From: a virus
Lineage: Duplodnaviria; Caudoviricetes
DNA: 35,666 nt
Virus record (IMG/VR): IMGVR_UViG_3300049167_000237
Location: 1 to 35,666 of that record
Direction: 5' to 3' (one strand)
Positions 8,036 to 16,463 of this stretch are shown here, piece by piece. The position numbers and the translations under genes are program-made. Each line of letters opens with the position of its first letter. The first letter of the stretch is position 1. The notes beneath the pieces are model-generated. The model was not told the DNA's origin, did not search any database, and saw only the letters and a list, made by a program, of their open reading frames with translations.

Positions 8036-8719
8036 ATGGCCCAGAAGCGCAACAGCAAATCGACCCGCAGCCGCAAGTTCCGGGCGCCCGTCGTGGTGCA
8101 GCCCCGGCGGCAGCTTATCGAAACCCGCAACCCGGTCGGCGAGGTCGATGCCTCGCTGAACTGGTATCTGGTCTTTACGACGCCGCGCGGCGAGGCCAAG
8201 GCGAAGCTCGAGCTGGAAAAGGCCGGCTGCAAGACGTTGCTGCCGAGCGTGCATCGGGTCTACATCAGCGGCCGGCGGAAGCTGGAGTACGACGTTGCGA
8301 CGTTCCCGCGGTACCTGTTCGTCTCCGGACTGCCGTCACTGGCGCGTCGGATTAGCGAGCAAGCCAGCGGCAAGGCTTTCAGCGTCGGTGACGCAGTCGT
8401 CTCATCCGACGGCCGGCCGATCACGGACATCCGCCAGATCGACGGCGTCCAGGACGTCATCCGCAATGGCATGGTCTGGGCCAAGGTGCCCAGCCATGCC
8501 GTCGCCGCGGTCGCCGCCTACCAAAACGACGCAGTCGCGCCTGAAGTCCCGAAACCATTCGCGGCGGGCAACAAGGTCGTGGTCATCGACGGCCCGTTTA
8601 CGCACTTTCAGGCGACGATCGTTGAGGTCATCGGCCTCCGGGACGCGACGGTTCTGATCGACATCTTCGGCAGGCAGACCAAGGCGAGCTTCGATCTTGC
8701 GCAAATCGAAGCGGCATGA
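8036..8719 (+). CDS. NusG-family (NGN + KOW) transcription antitermination protein
   Basis: WYLVFTTPRGE..., FPRYLFV, DGVQDVI (NGN); GNKVVVIDGPFTHFQATIVEV...VLIDIFGR (KOW); lies at the end of the early operon, in the lambda Q position. Confidence 0.92.
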   Translation: MAQKRNSKSTRSRKFRAPVVVQPRRQLIETRNPVGEVDASLNWYLVFTTPRGEAKAKLELEKAGCKTLLPSVHRVYISGRRKLEYDVATFPRYLFVSGLPSLARRISEQASGKAFSVGDAVVSSDGRPITDIRQIDGVQDVIRNGMVWAKVPSHAVAAVAAYQNDAVAPEVPKPFAAGNKVVVIDGPFTHFQATIVEVIGLRDATVLIDIFGRQTKASFDLAQIEAA

Positions 8720-8723
8720 CATA

Positions 8724-8833
8724 TCTGGGGCACGGTTTACTTGAATGCTTGCCCTTCGGGGTTGCCTGGGTAGCAGGTTAGAGCGTTGGCCCCGTGATGG
8801 GTGTTCCCATCGACGTGAAGGCTTGTGTCCGGA
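8724..8833 (+). other. Putative structured RNA leader
   Basis: GCCC-TTCG-GGGT hairpin (8751-8762), GATGGG-tgtt-CCCATC hairpin (8796-8811), possible outer helix 8724-8735 with 8823-8833. Confidence 0.45.
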
Positions 8834-8845
8834 ATTTTAGTTCGA

Positions 8846-8922
<77 letters not shown>

Positions 8923-8968
8923 TCATTCCCGACAGCGAGCGCGGATGTACCGCCGCTGTCAGGCGCTG

Positions 8969-8996
8969 AAGCCCGGTCCTCGTGACTGGGCTTTTT
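8969..8996 (+). terminator. Intrinsic terminator after the tRNA
   Basis: AAGCCCGGTC-ctcgt-GACTGGGCTT stem (one G:U) running into TTTTT. Confidence 0.8.
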
Positions 8997-9003
8997 GCTG
9001 GTC

Positions 9004-9702
9004 TTAGCTACGTTTCAGCAAGGCAATGACTTGATCCGGGCTTAGCGTATTCCCCCCGATCATCGAAGCACGAACCATTTCGAAATTCGCCGCCATATTT
9101 CGATATCGCGCGACGGTGGGCATATGGGAGTTCATACTCCGGCCTTTGAAGCGTCTGAACCTATCAAGCTGGTTTACCAAGAAGTCCGCGATGCCGAGGT
9201 ATTCGGTCTCGTTATTCCCATCGAACCCTAGGAACTTAGGCTCCTTCGCCCACGGCCCGACCTCTCTCGCTATCCTTTCGCGGTCTTTTTCGTCGAACTT
9301 CGCCCAGGCTTCTTCGACGAAATCCCAGACGTCCAGAATATCGACAACCACACTGACGTTGTCCCTGTTGTCCCTGTGGTCGTGCAAGACGCCGGTCATC
9401 TCCCAGTCAAGAGCCCATAGGTGCCCGCCGTAAATCGCCTGCTGGATGAGCTTGACCGTCTTAGGATCGTCGTAGCCCTTGGTGTGCTTCAGCACTTCAG
9501 TAAGAAGCCAAATCGTCAGCATCTGGGGCTTATCCAGCGCGATGTCCGTCCGATCGTTTGATTTCATCAGGCCTTGATCGACCAAGCGCCGGATCGCCTC
9601 TGCTCTAGAAGGCAAATCAGCCTGGGCGGATCTCCACCGATCCACTTTTTCGAGCGTCGACGCTTCAAGGCGCATCTCAAATCGTTCCGTAAGTGGTCCC
9701 AT
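9004..9702 (-). CDS. YfbU-family protein with N-terminal ribbon-helix-helix domain (moron)
   Basis: N-terminal TERFEMRL...VDRWR...PSRAEAIRRLV (RHH); C-terminal VVDILDVW...FLGFDGNNE...MNSHMP...Y..M (YfbU signature); antisense to the late genes, visibly lower GC, GGAG RBS. Confidence 0.85.
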   Translation of the reverse strand: MGPLTERFEMRLEASTLEKVDRWRSAQADLPSRAEAIRRLVDQGLMKSNDRTDIALDKPQMLTIWLLTEVLKHTKGYDDPKTVKLIQQAIYGGHLWALDWEMTGVLHDHRDNRDNVSVVVDILDVWDFVEEAWAKFDEKDRERIAREVGPWAKEPKFLGFDGNNETEYLGIADFLVNQLDRFRRFKGRSMNSHMPTVARYRNMAANFEMVRASMIGGNTLSPDQVIALLKRS

Positions 9703-9735
9703 AACTCACTCCATCAAATTGTCCGTCGTCGCAAC

Positions 9736-9764
9736 TGTATAGCCCGTATGATTGTACGTATCAA
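9736..9764 (-). promoter_or_regulatory. Sigma70-type promoter for the RHH-YfbU gene with an inverted repeat in the spacer
   Basis: Minus strand TTGATA (9764-9759)-N17-TATACA (9741-9736); CGTA-N6-TACG dyad at 9745-9758. Confidence 0.6.
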
Positions 9765-9851
9765 CCGTGAAAGTGACGGAGCCAGTTGTGGGTTCAGACG
9801 ACTGGGAAAGCAGGGTGCGGGGTGCGTCAGATCCAATGCCGAAATCTGTGA

Positions 9852-10490
9852 GTGATGCTGTCTCTTGACCTGTCTGCCTTCGAGCGGCGCGCCCGCGATT
9901 TGGGTGGTGCTATCGATCAGGTGCCGTTCGCGCTGTCTCGCGCGCTGAACGATGCGCTCTACAAGGCGAGGGACGAATTGGTCGGGCACACCTGGCCGTC
10001 GAGCATCACCGTCCGCAACCCGAGCTTCATCAAGGCAGCGCTCAACGTCGAGCCTTCGACCAAGACCAGCCTGCGCGGTGCAGTGTTCGATCGCTTCGAC
10101 CGCGGCAACCTATGCCTTCACGATCGCGGCGGTACGAAGCAGGCGCGTGGTCGCCTCGCCATCCCCGATGCCAAGATCAAAGGCGCGCGCGGGGCGAAGG
10201 GACTGCCGAAGCGTCTGCGTCCTGCTGGACTGGCCCGATCCTTCCGCAAGGGGGACGCCATCTACCAGCGCGTGGGCAAGTACCAGGCAGGCAAGAAGGC
10301 AACGAAGCGGAAGGCTGCGACGGCAGGCGTCGACAACCGCAAGCTCCAGCTGATGTTCACGCTGAAGCGTTCAGCCAGCATGCGGGCCGACGTGCCCTTC
10401 ACGGAGGACTTCCGTCGCGTTGTGATCCGTGAGGTCCACGCCTCGTTCCCGAACCGGCTCAGGCAGGCGATGGGCACGAGACGGGGGTGA
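9852..10490 (+). CDS. Phage protein, lambda gpZ/tail-completion-like
   Basis: 212 aa basic protein with QVPFALSRALN N-terminal helix typical of Z/HK97-gp10-like proteins; immediately upstream of the cos region. Confidence 0.6.
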   Translation: MMLSLDLSAFERRARDLGGAIDQVPFALSRALNDALYKARDELVGHTWPSSITVRNPSFIKAALNVEPSTKTSLRGAVFDRFDRGNLCLHDRGGTKQARGRLAIPDAKIKGARGAKGLPKRLRPAGLARSFRKGDAIYQRVGKYQAGKKATKRKAATAGVDNRKLQLMFTLKRSASMRADVPFTEDFRRVVIREVHASFPNRLRQAMGTRRG

Positions 10491-10535
10491 TCGCGAGATG
10501 GGGCCCCTCTGCCCATGGTGACGCAGCAAATCCCA

Positions 10536-10636
10536 GGGTCCTTCCTGCCCCCTATGGGCCGGGGGTAACGCGCGACCCCGGGCCTTTCGCAGCGCTGAAT
10601 GTGCAAAACCCGGTAACGCGGTAACAGGGTAACGCC
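10536..10636 (+). other. Lambda-like cos site (cosQ, cosN-like dyad, downstream repeats)
   Basis: GGGTCCT (identical to lambda cosQ) at 10536-10542; dyad CCGGGG-N11-CCCCGG at 10559-10581 followed by TTTCGC as in lambda; GGTAAC repeats at 10612, 10620, 10628 just before terS. Confidence 0.75.
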
Positions 10637-11290
10637 ATGTCAGCGGCTGGTTCAGCTCCCAAAAATATGAGCCAAGCAGATTTTGCACGGCGCCGCGGCG
10701 TGTCGCGGAAGGCCGTTACGTCGTGGAAACAAAAGGGTTTGCTCGTCATAGGCAGCGATGGGCAGGTCGTCGTCGAAGCCAGTGAATGGAATCTCGACCA
10801 ACGCCCTGCCACCTATCGAGGCGGCGTTACCCACCGCCCCGTTCGCGGCCCCGACGGTAACAACTCTTCAGCGCCGCCGGCATCAGCGGCTCGATCCAAG
10901 ACACGCCCCTCACAGTCAGACGATGACGAGGGGGACATCGTTGGCTTCGACCTCGATGCCGAGGATCTGCCGCTCGCTGAAGCGGTGCGGCGCAAGGAAA
11001 ACTATCTCGGCCTGCTGCGCCGTCGCGAGCTTGAGGTAGCCAATACCGAGTGGGTGCGGATCGAGGCTGTCGCCGCGCAGGTCGAGCGCGAGTATGGCAC
11101 CGTTCGCGAGCGCCTTCTCACCATCCCGGGCAAGATTGCCGCCTCCCTTATGGGCGCCGATCGGCCAACCATCGATTTGATCCTGCGACGAGAGATCACC
11201 GAGGCGCTGCATGAACTGCATGATCCATCCGGACTTGCGCAGCGGGCAGGCGCTGGCGTCTCGGCTGACACAGGCAAGGCTAGCGCTTAA
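10637..11290 (+). CDS. Terminase small subunit (Nu1-like)
   Basis: N-terminal HTH MSQADFARRRGVSRKAVTSW, C-terminal coiled coil RERLLTIPGKIA; lies between cos and terL. Confidence 0.88.
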   Translation: MSAAGSAPKNMSQADFARRRGVSRKAVTSWKQKGLLVIGSDGQVVVEASEWNLDQRPATYRGGVTHRPVRGPDGNNSSAPPASAARSKTRPSQSDDDEGDIVGFDLDAEDLPLAEAVRRKENYLGLLRRRELEVANTEWVRIEAVAAQVEREYGTVRERLLTIPGKIAASLMGADRPTIDLILRREITEALHELHDPSGLAQRAGAGVSADTGKASA

Positions 11291-13247
11291 GCCACCGCCC
11301 ATCCTCGACCTGGTCGAGTGGGCAGACACCTATCGCAAGGTCGCGAGCAAGACTTCCGCATCACCCGGCCAGTGGCAGACCAACGCTCAGCCAGTAGCCT
11401 TCGGCCCGATGCGGGCGGTGACCGAGCCCGACACTCACACCGTCTCGGTCATGGCGGGAACGCAGGTCGTCAAGACCGAGCTGCTGATCAATGTGGCCGG
11501 GTTCTTCATCCACCAGGACCCCGGCAGCATCCTGTTCGTCCAGCCGACGCAGGGCGCGGCCGAGGCCTTCTCGAAGGAGCGTTTTGCGCCAACCGTCGAA
11601 GTCACGCCGGCGCTGTCGGAACTCATCGCCAAGCCCAGGACGCGGGACAGCGAGAACACGATCGCCCACAAGTCTTACCGTGGCGGCTCGCTCGACTTCG
11701 TCGGCGCGAACTCCCCGACGGACCTGGCGTCCCGCCCCAAGCGGGTGATCCTCTGCGACGAGATCGACAAGTATCCGCCCAGCGCCGGCGGCGAAGGCGA
11801 CCCCCTACTGCTCGCAGAAGAGCGGGCGTCCACCTACAAAGCGGTTGGCCGGTCGAAATCGGTTCGGACGTGCTCGCCTACCGAGGAAGGCGTTTCAAGG
11901 ATCGGTCGCGAGTATGCGGCCAGCGATCAGCGGCGCTGTTATGTAGCCTGCCCGCATTGCGGTCATTCGCAGCTGATGACCTGGGCGCAGGTGACTTGGA
12001 GCAAAGACGCAGCCGGCGGTCATCTGCCGGAGAGCGCTGGTATTCAGTGCTCCGGCCCTGACTGCGGTGTGATCTGGACCGAGGGCGATCGCATCGCCGC
12101 CCTGGATGCGTTGGAGCATGCGCCCGATCATGGATGGCGGCAGACGCGTCAGTTCGTCTGTTGCGAGGTGGTCCAGACACCGGAGCGCTGGACAAAAGCA
12201 GGGCGGTCCCGCTGCCAGCATTGCGATAAGCCGACGAGCTATGGCGGCCACGCCGGTTTTCATATCTCGAAGCTCTACTCGAAGCGGCATCGGCTGCCCG
12301 ATTTGGTTCAGGAGTTCCTGGACGCAAAGGCTGATCCGGAATCGCTCAAGAAGTTCACGAACACCGGGCTCGCGGAACTCTGGCGACCGGTTGGCAGAGA
12401 AAGTCTCGACGGCACCGGCCTGATAGCTCGCGCCGAGCTCTACGGGCCCGACGATCTCCCGGATGAGGTCCGCGTCATCACCGGCTTCTGCGACGTGCAG
12501 GGCGATCGGTTGGAAATACAGCTTGTCGCATGGGGTCCTGACGAAGAGGCCTGGCCATTCCTGTACGAGATCATCCATCTGGATCCCGCCCAGCCGCAGG
12601 TTTGGCGAGAACTGGACACCCTTCGAGCCAGGGCGTTCCGAACGCGCGGTAATCGTATCTTGAGGATCGCGGCCTTTGGCGTTGACACCGGCGGCCATCA
12701 CACGACGCAGGTACACGCGTATTGCCGGCTCCGCCGCAAGCAACGCGTTTTCGCAACTCAGGGTCATGCCTCGAAGCCACTTTGGACCAACCGATCGTCC
12801 CGCTCCAAGAACAACGACCCGCTTTGGCACATTGGGACTAACGCGGCGAAGGATGCCATCTACGCCCGCCTTCGTATCGATCCCCCCGAAGAGCCGGGCC
12901 AGCGCCGGCCCGGCTTCATCCACTTTCCGCAGGCCGAGAATTTCGGTCCTGAGTATTTCGAACAGCTGACGGTGGAGCGCCGCGAAATTCGATATCGCTC
13001 CGGACAGCCGTACGTCCTCTGGATTTGCCCGAAGGGTAAGCGGAACGAAGTTCTTGACACGTTCGTGGGTGCTTTAGCGGTCCGCCGTGCTCTGCCAGCT
13101 CGGATCGAGCGTTCACTTGAATTTGGCTTGGCAGAACCCGCTGCGCCTTCCGCGAATGATGCCGCAGATGGCGAGGCGCCTCCGAGTGCTCAGCCACGCC
13201 CCAAATACATGCCGCGGCGGCGCGGCTTTCTGAACCCCAACCGATAA
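11211..13247 (+). CDS. Terminase large subunit, lambda gpA family
   Basis: AGTQVVKTE Walker A region, ILCDEIDKY Walker B, CSPT, CPHCG, DVQGDRLE and NEVLD nuclease motifs. Confidence 0.96.
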   Translation: MNCMIHPDLRSGQALASRLTQARLALKPPPILDLVEWADTYRKVASKTSASPGQWQTNAQPVAFGPMRAVTEPDTHTVSVMAGTQVVKTELLINVAGFFIHQDPGSILFVQPTQGAAEAFSKERFAPTVEVTPALSELIAKPRTRDSENTIAHKSYRGGSLDFVGANSPTDLASRPKRVILCDEIDKYPPSAGGEGDPLLLAEERASTYKAVGRSKSVRTCSPTEEGVSRIGREYAASDQRRCYVACPHCGHSQLMTWAQVTWSKDAAGGHLPESAGIQCSGPDCGVIWTEGDRIAALDALEHAPDHGWRQTRQFVCCEVVQTPERWTKAGRSRCQHCDKPTSYGGHAGFHISKLYSKRHRLPDLVQEFLDAKADPESLKKFTNTGLAELWRPVGRESLDGTGLIARAELYGPDDLPDEVRVITGFCDVQGDRLEIQLVAWGPDEEAWPFLYEIIHLDPAQPQVWRELDTLRARAFRTRGNRILRIAAFGVDTGGHHTTQVHAYCRLRRKQRVFATQGHASKPLWTNRSSRSKNNDPLWHIGTNAAKDAIYARLRIDPPEEPGQRRPGFIHFPQAENFGPEYFEQLTVERREIRYRSGQPYVLWICPKGKRNEVLDTFVGALAVRRALPARIERSLEFGLAEPAAPSANDAADGEAPPSAQPRPKYMPRRRGFLNPNR

Positions 13248-13262
13248 CGAGGAGTCATCACG

Positions 13263-13718
13263 ATGTCTGACGAAAAAAGCGTGAGCGTTCGTAGCCTGAT
13301 CAAGAAGGGCGAAGGCGTGCTGATCAAGCGCAATGGCGTCTGGACCTATCCAGGCTGTGCGAACGATCCGAGCGGGACCAACCTGGTGCTGCCGCTTGAG
13401 CACGTCTCGGACGCCGAGGTGCAGAAGGCGCTTTCGGATGGCGATCTGCGCGCGGCTATGACCACCCCGACGGGGGCAGTCTCGGCTGTTCGCCTCATTG
13501 AGGACGAGACGGCCGTGGTTTCGTCTGGCCTCGCCGGCACTGCGGAACTTGGCACCGAGCTGCCGTCCGGCTCGCGGCCTACCCACGACGCCGGCACTGG
13601 CAAGACGTCGGCCGCTGAGGCTGAGAAGCAGGCGACCGATGCGATCGAGGCCATGAAGCCCGCCGTTGCTCCGCCGGCACCTTCCGCCCCCGCGCCGACG
13701 GGCAAGGCCAAGAGCTGA
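13263..13718 (+). CDS. Hypothetical protein with Ala/Pro-rich C-terminus
   Basis: GAGGAG RBS; 151 aa; high GC3. Confidence 0.75.
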   Translation: MSDEKSVSVRSLIKKGEGVLIKRNGVWTYPGCANDPSGTNLVLPLEHVSDAEVQKALSDGDLRAAMTTPTGAVSAVRLIEDETAVVSSGLAGTAELGTELPSGSRPTHDAGTGKTSAAEAEKQATDAIEAMKPAVAPPAPSAPAPTGKAKS

Positions 13719-13834
13719 TGGCCGAGGGCGAGGAGGTCAAGCGACCGCCCCAGGTCGACCCTGACCCGCGCTACGCGACGCCGCCTTGGCGCCGCGAGCG
13801 CACCGCCGGGATCGATCCCCGGAAGGGACGCTGA
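13718..13834 (+). CDS. Possible 38-aa peptide (MAEGEEVKRPPQVDPDPRYATPPWRRERTAGIDPRKGR)
   Basis: TGATG coupling to the upstream gene; stop lies 2 nt before the gpW ATG; below the ORF-track size cutoff. Confidence 0.4.
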   Translation: MAEGEEVKRPPQVDPDPRYATPPWRRERTAGIDPRKGR

Positions 13835-13836
13835 GC

Positions 13837-14043
13837 ATGGCCACCGACGATCAAGTCAGGGCGAACCTTGCCTCGATCGAGGCGGCCATCGCATCGGGCG
13901 TTACCCGCGCGAGCTACGATGGCAAGTCTACCGAATTCAGGTCGCTGGCCGAGATGCGCTCGATCCGTGACGACCTGAAGGGCCAGCTGGGCGAGCGTGT
14001 GCGGCCTCGCCGGACCGTGGCGGCCTATTCGGGCGGCTTCTGA
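13837..14043 (+). CDS. Head-tail joining protein, gpW-like
   Basis: IEAAIASGVTRASYDGKSTEFRSLAEM pattern; immediately before portal. Confidence 0.88.
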   Translation: MATDDQVRANLASIEAAIASGVTRASYDGKSTEFRSLAEMRSIRDDLKGQLGERVRPRRTVAAYSGGF

Positions 14044-14046
14044 TCG

Positions 14047-15564
14047 ATGCAGATCAACTGGATTGACCGCGCGATCGGCTATGTTGCCCCGCAGCGCGCC
14101 GAGAAGCGCATTGCGGCGCGTGCCCGCATCGAACGGATCTCGCGCGTTCGCAACCTCTATGAGGCGGCGAGCCTAGGCCGGCGCACTCAGGGCTGGCGGG
14201 CGATCTCGACTGACGTCAACAGCGAGAACCGCCTGGCGCTGGCGCGCCTGCGGGACGCTTCGAGGGAGATGGTTCGCAACAACCCGTTCGCGGCGCGCGC
14301 CAAGGCGGTGATCCCGCACAATGCAGTCGGCGCTGGCATCATGGGCCGCGTGAAAGCCGAGCGGCAAAAGCGCGTCGAGGACATCAAGAAGCTCCTGGTC
14401 CGGCACTTCGATACGAGGGACATCGATGCTGACGGGCGCCTGAACCTCTATGGCTTGCAGTCGCTGGTCATGGCGACAGTGGTCGAGGCCGGCGAGGTGC
14501 TGGTCCGCCGGCGCATCCGCCGCCCGACCGATGGTTATGCGCTGCCGTTCCAGATCCAGGTGCTTGAGGCCGACTTCATCGATACCAACGTCGAAGGCCC
14601 GCAGCCCAACGGCAACTTCGCGGTCCAGGGCATCGAGTTCGACCTGCGCGGCAAGCGCGTGGCGTACTTCCTGTTCGACAATCACCCCGGCTCGTCCACC
14701 ACTGGCAGCCGCTCATCCACGCGCAGCCAGCGCGTCTCGGCTGACTTCATCGCGCACATCTACCGTGTCGATCGTCCAGGGCAGGTGAGGGGCGTCTCGT
14801 GGTTCGCGCCGGTGATGGTTCGGATGCGCGACCTCGCAGACTATACCGATGCCCAGCTCGTTCGGCAGAAGATTGCCGCGTGCTTTGCCGCGTTCATCAC
14901 GGCAGAAGAAGGCTTCGACAGCGGCGATCCGGAAGGGACGACCGCAGGCCCCGGCGCGTACCCGATCGAATCCTTCGAGCCGGGCATGATCGAGCGGCTC
15001 CGGCAGGGCGAGAGCGTCACCTTCGCGAGCCCGCCATCGACCGCAGACTTCGCGCCATACCAGTCGGCAACGCTGCACGAGATCGCCTCCGGCCTCAGCG
15101 TGCCATACGAGGCACTGACCGGTGACCTGACCAATGTCAGCTTCATCTCCGGCCGGCTAGGGCGCATCGAGTTCCGCTCGTCGGTCGATAGCTGGCGTTG
15201 GAACATGCTGATCCCGCAGATGCTGGATCCGCTGGCGGCATGGACGCAGGAGGCGGCCGCGGTGGCGACCGGATCGTCTGAACCATTCACACTGGGCTGG
15301 ACGCCGCCGCGCTGGGAGATGCTGGACCCGGCCGCTGAGATCGAAAGCGCGGCCAAGGCGATCCGGTCGGGCCTGTCCTGGCAGAGCGAAGAGCTGCGTC
15401 TGCAGGGCTACGACCCAGACGAAGCCTTCGCTGGAATGAAGGCCGACTTCGATAAGCTCGATGCGCTCGGCCTGGTGCTCGACATCGACCCGAGGAAGGT
15501 CACGACCCGCGGCGTTGCTCAGAAGAGCGCCGATCCCAATGCGCCCGATCCGGCGGACAAGTAG
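14047..15564 (+). CDS. Portal protein, lambda family
   Basis: YEAAS.GRR, RNNPFA, RPGQVRGVSWFAPV, YEALTGD, DPAAE motifs. Confidence 0.95.
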   Translation: MQINWIDRAIGYVAPQRAEKRIAARARIERISRVRNLYEAASLGRRTQGWRAISTDVNSENRLALARLRDASREMVRNNPFAARAKAVIPHNAVGAGIMGRVKAERQKRVEDIKKLLVRHFDTRDIDADGRLNLYGLQSLVMATVVEAGEVLVRRRIRRPTDGYALPFQIQVLEADFIDTNVEGPQPNGNFAVQGIEFDLRGKRVAYFLFDNHPGSSTTGSRSSTRSQRVSADFIAHIYRVDRPGQVRGVSWFAPVMVRMRDLADYTDAQLVRQKIAACFAAFITAEEGFDSGDPEGTTAGPGAYPIESFEPGMIERLRQGESVTFASPPSTADFAPYQSATLHEIASGLSVPYEALTGDLTNVSFISGRLGRIEFRSSVDSWRWNMLIPQMLDPLAAWTQEAAAVATGSSEPFTLGWTPPRWEMLDPAAEIESAAKAIRSGLSWQSEELRLQGYDPDEAFAGMKADFDKLDALGLVLDIDPRKVTTRGVAQKSADPNAPDPADK

Positions 15565-15576
15565 CAGGACACATCG

Positions 15577-16371
15577 ATGAGCACGAAAGCAAAGCAGCCT
15601 GCCCGCAAGGGCCGGGCCGATGGCACGCGCGCCGAGATGCAGGGCACCCGCTCGCTCGTCATGAACGGCGAGATCATGATCTACGGCGTGATCGACAGCT
15701 ACGACGATTGGGGTGGCTCGGTTCGCGCCATCGACGTCATGGGCTCGATCATCGAGCTCGCGGATCAGGATCGCCTGTCGGTTCGCATCAACTCTCCCGG
15801 CGGCAACGTCATGGAGGGCCTGAGCATCTACAATGCGCTGCGCAATGCCGGGAAGCCTATCGACGTCCATGTCGATGCAATGGCGGCCTCGATTGCGTCT
15901 GTCATCGCCATGGCCGGCGACACGATCACGATCGCCGAAACCGGCACGATCATGATCCACAACCCTTGGGACGTCGCGATCGGCGACGCCGAGGATCTGC
16001 GGAATCGCGCCGACGAGATCGACCGCCTGAAGGCGATCATCGTCGACATCTATGCCAAGCGCACTGAGCTGGCCATCGAGGAGATCGACGCGCTGATGAC
16101 CGCCGAGACCTTCATGAGCGCGTCCGACGCGATCGACAAAGGCTTCGCCGACGAGATCGAGCAGGGGCTGGCCATCGCCGCCTGCGCCAAGCTGAGCAAG
16201 GCCGATCTGCGGCGCCTGAACGAAACGGTGTCGGCCCGCGCCAGCCACGGCGCGAAGATCACCGCAGCGCCCGTTCCTGAGCCTGCCGCGCAGTCGAAGC
16301 TCGGCAACCTGGCCGCCGCCATCAAGACGCGCATGACCATGCGTGCTCGCGCGGTCGGTCTCATTTCCTAA
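15577..16371 (+). CDS. Head maturation protease, ClpP-like
   Basis: INSPGG, AASIAS (Ser nucleophile), MIHNPW (His), ETFMSA..A...GFAD. Confidence 0.93.
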   Translation: MSTKAKQPARKGRADGTRAEMQGTRSLVMNGEIMIYGVIDSYDDWGGSVRAIDVMGSIIELADQDRLSVRINSPGGNVMEGLSIYNALRNAGKPIDVHVDAMAASIASVIAMAGDTITIAETGTIMIHNPWDVAIGDAEDLRNRADEIDRLKAIIVDIYAKRTELAIEEIDALMTAETFMSASDAIDKGFADEIEQGLAIAACAKLSKADLRRLNETVSARASHGAKITAAPVPEPAAQSKLGNLAAAIKTRMTMRARAVGLIS

Positions 16372-16463
16372 GCGCCTCCCCGCGCTCACCTCTGCCGCCC
16401 GCTCTCACCGGGGAGCGCGGACCTGCGGCTCATTTAGTCCCGGCCCAACCACGGAAACCCAAG

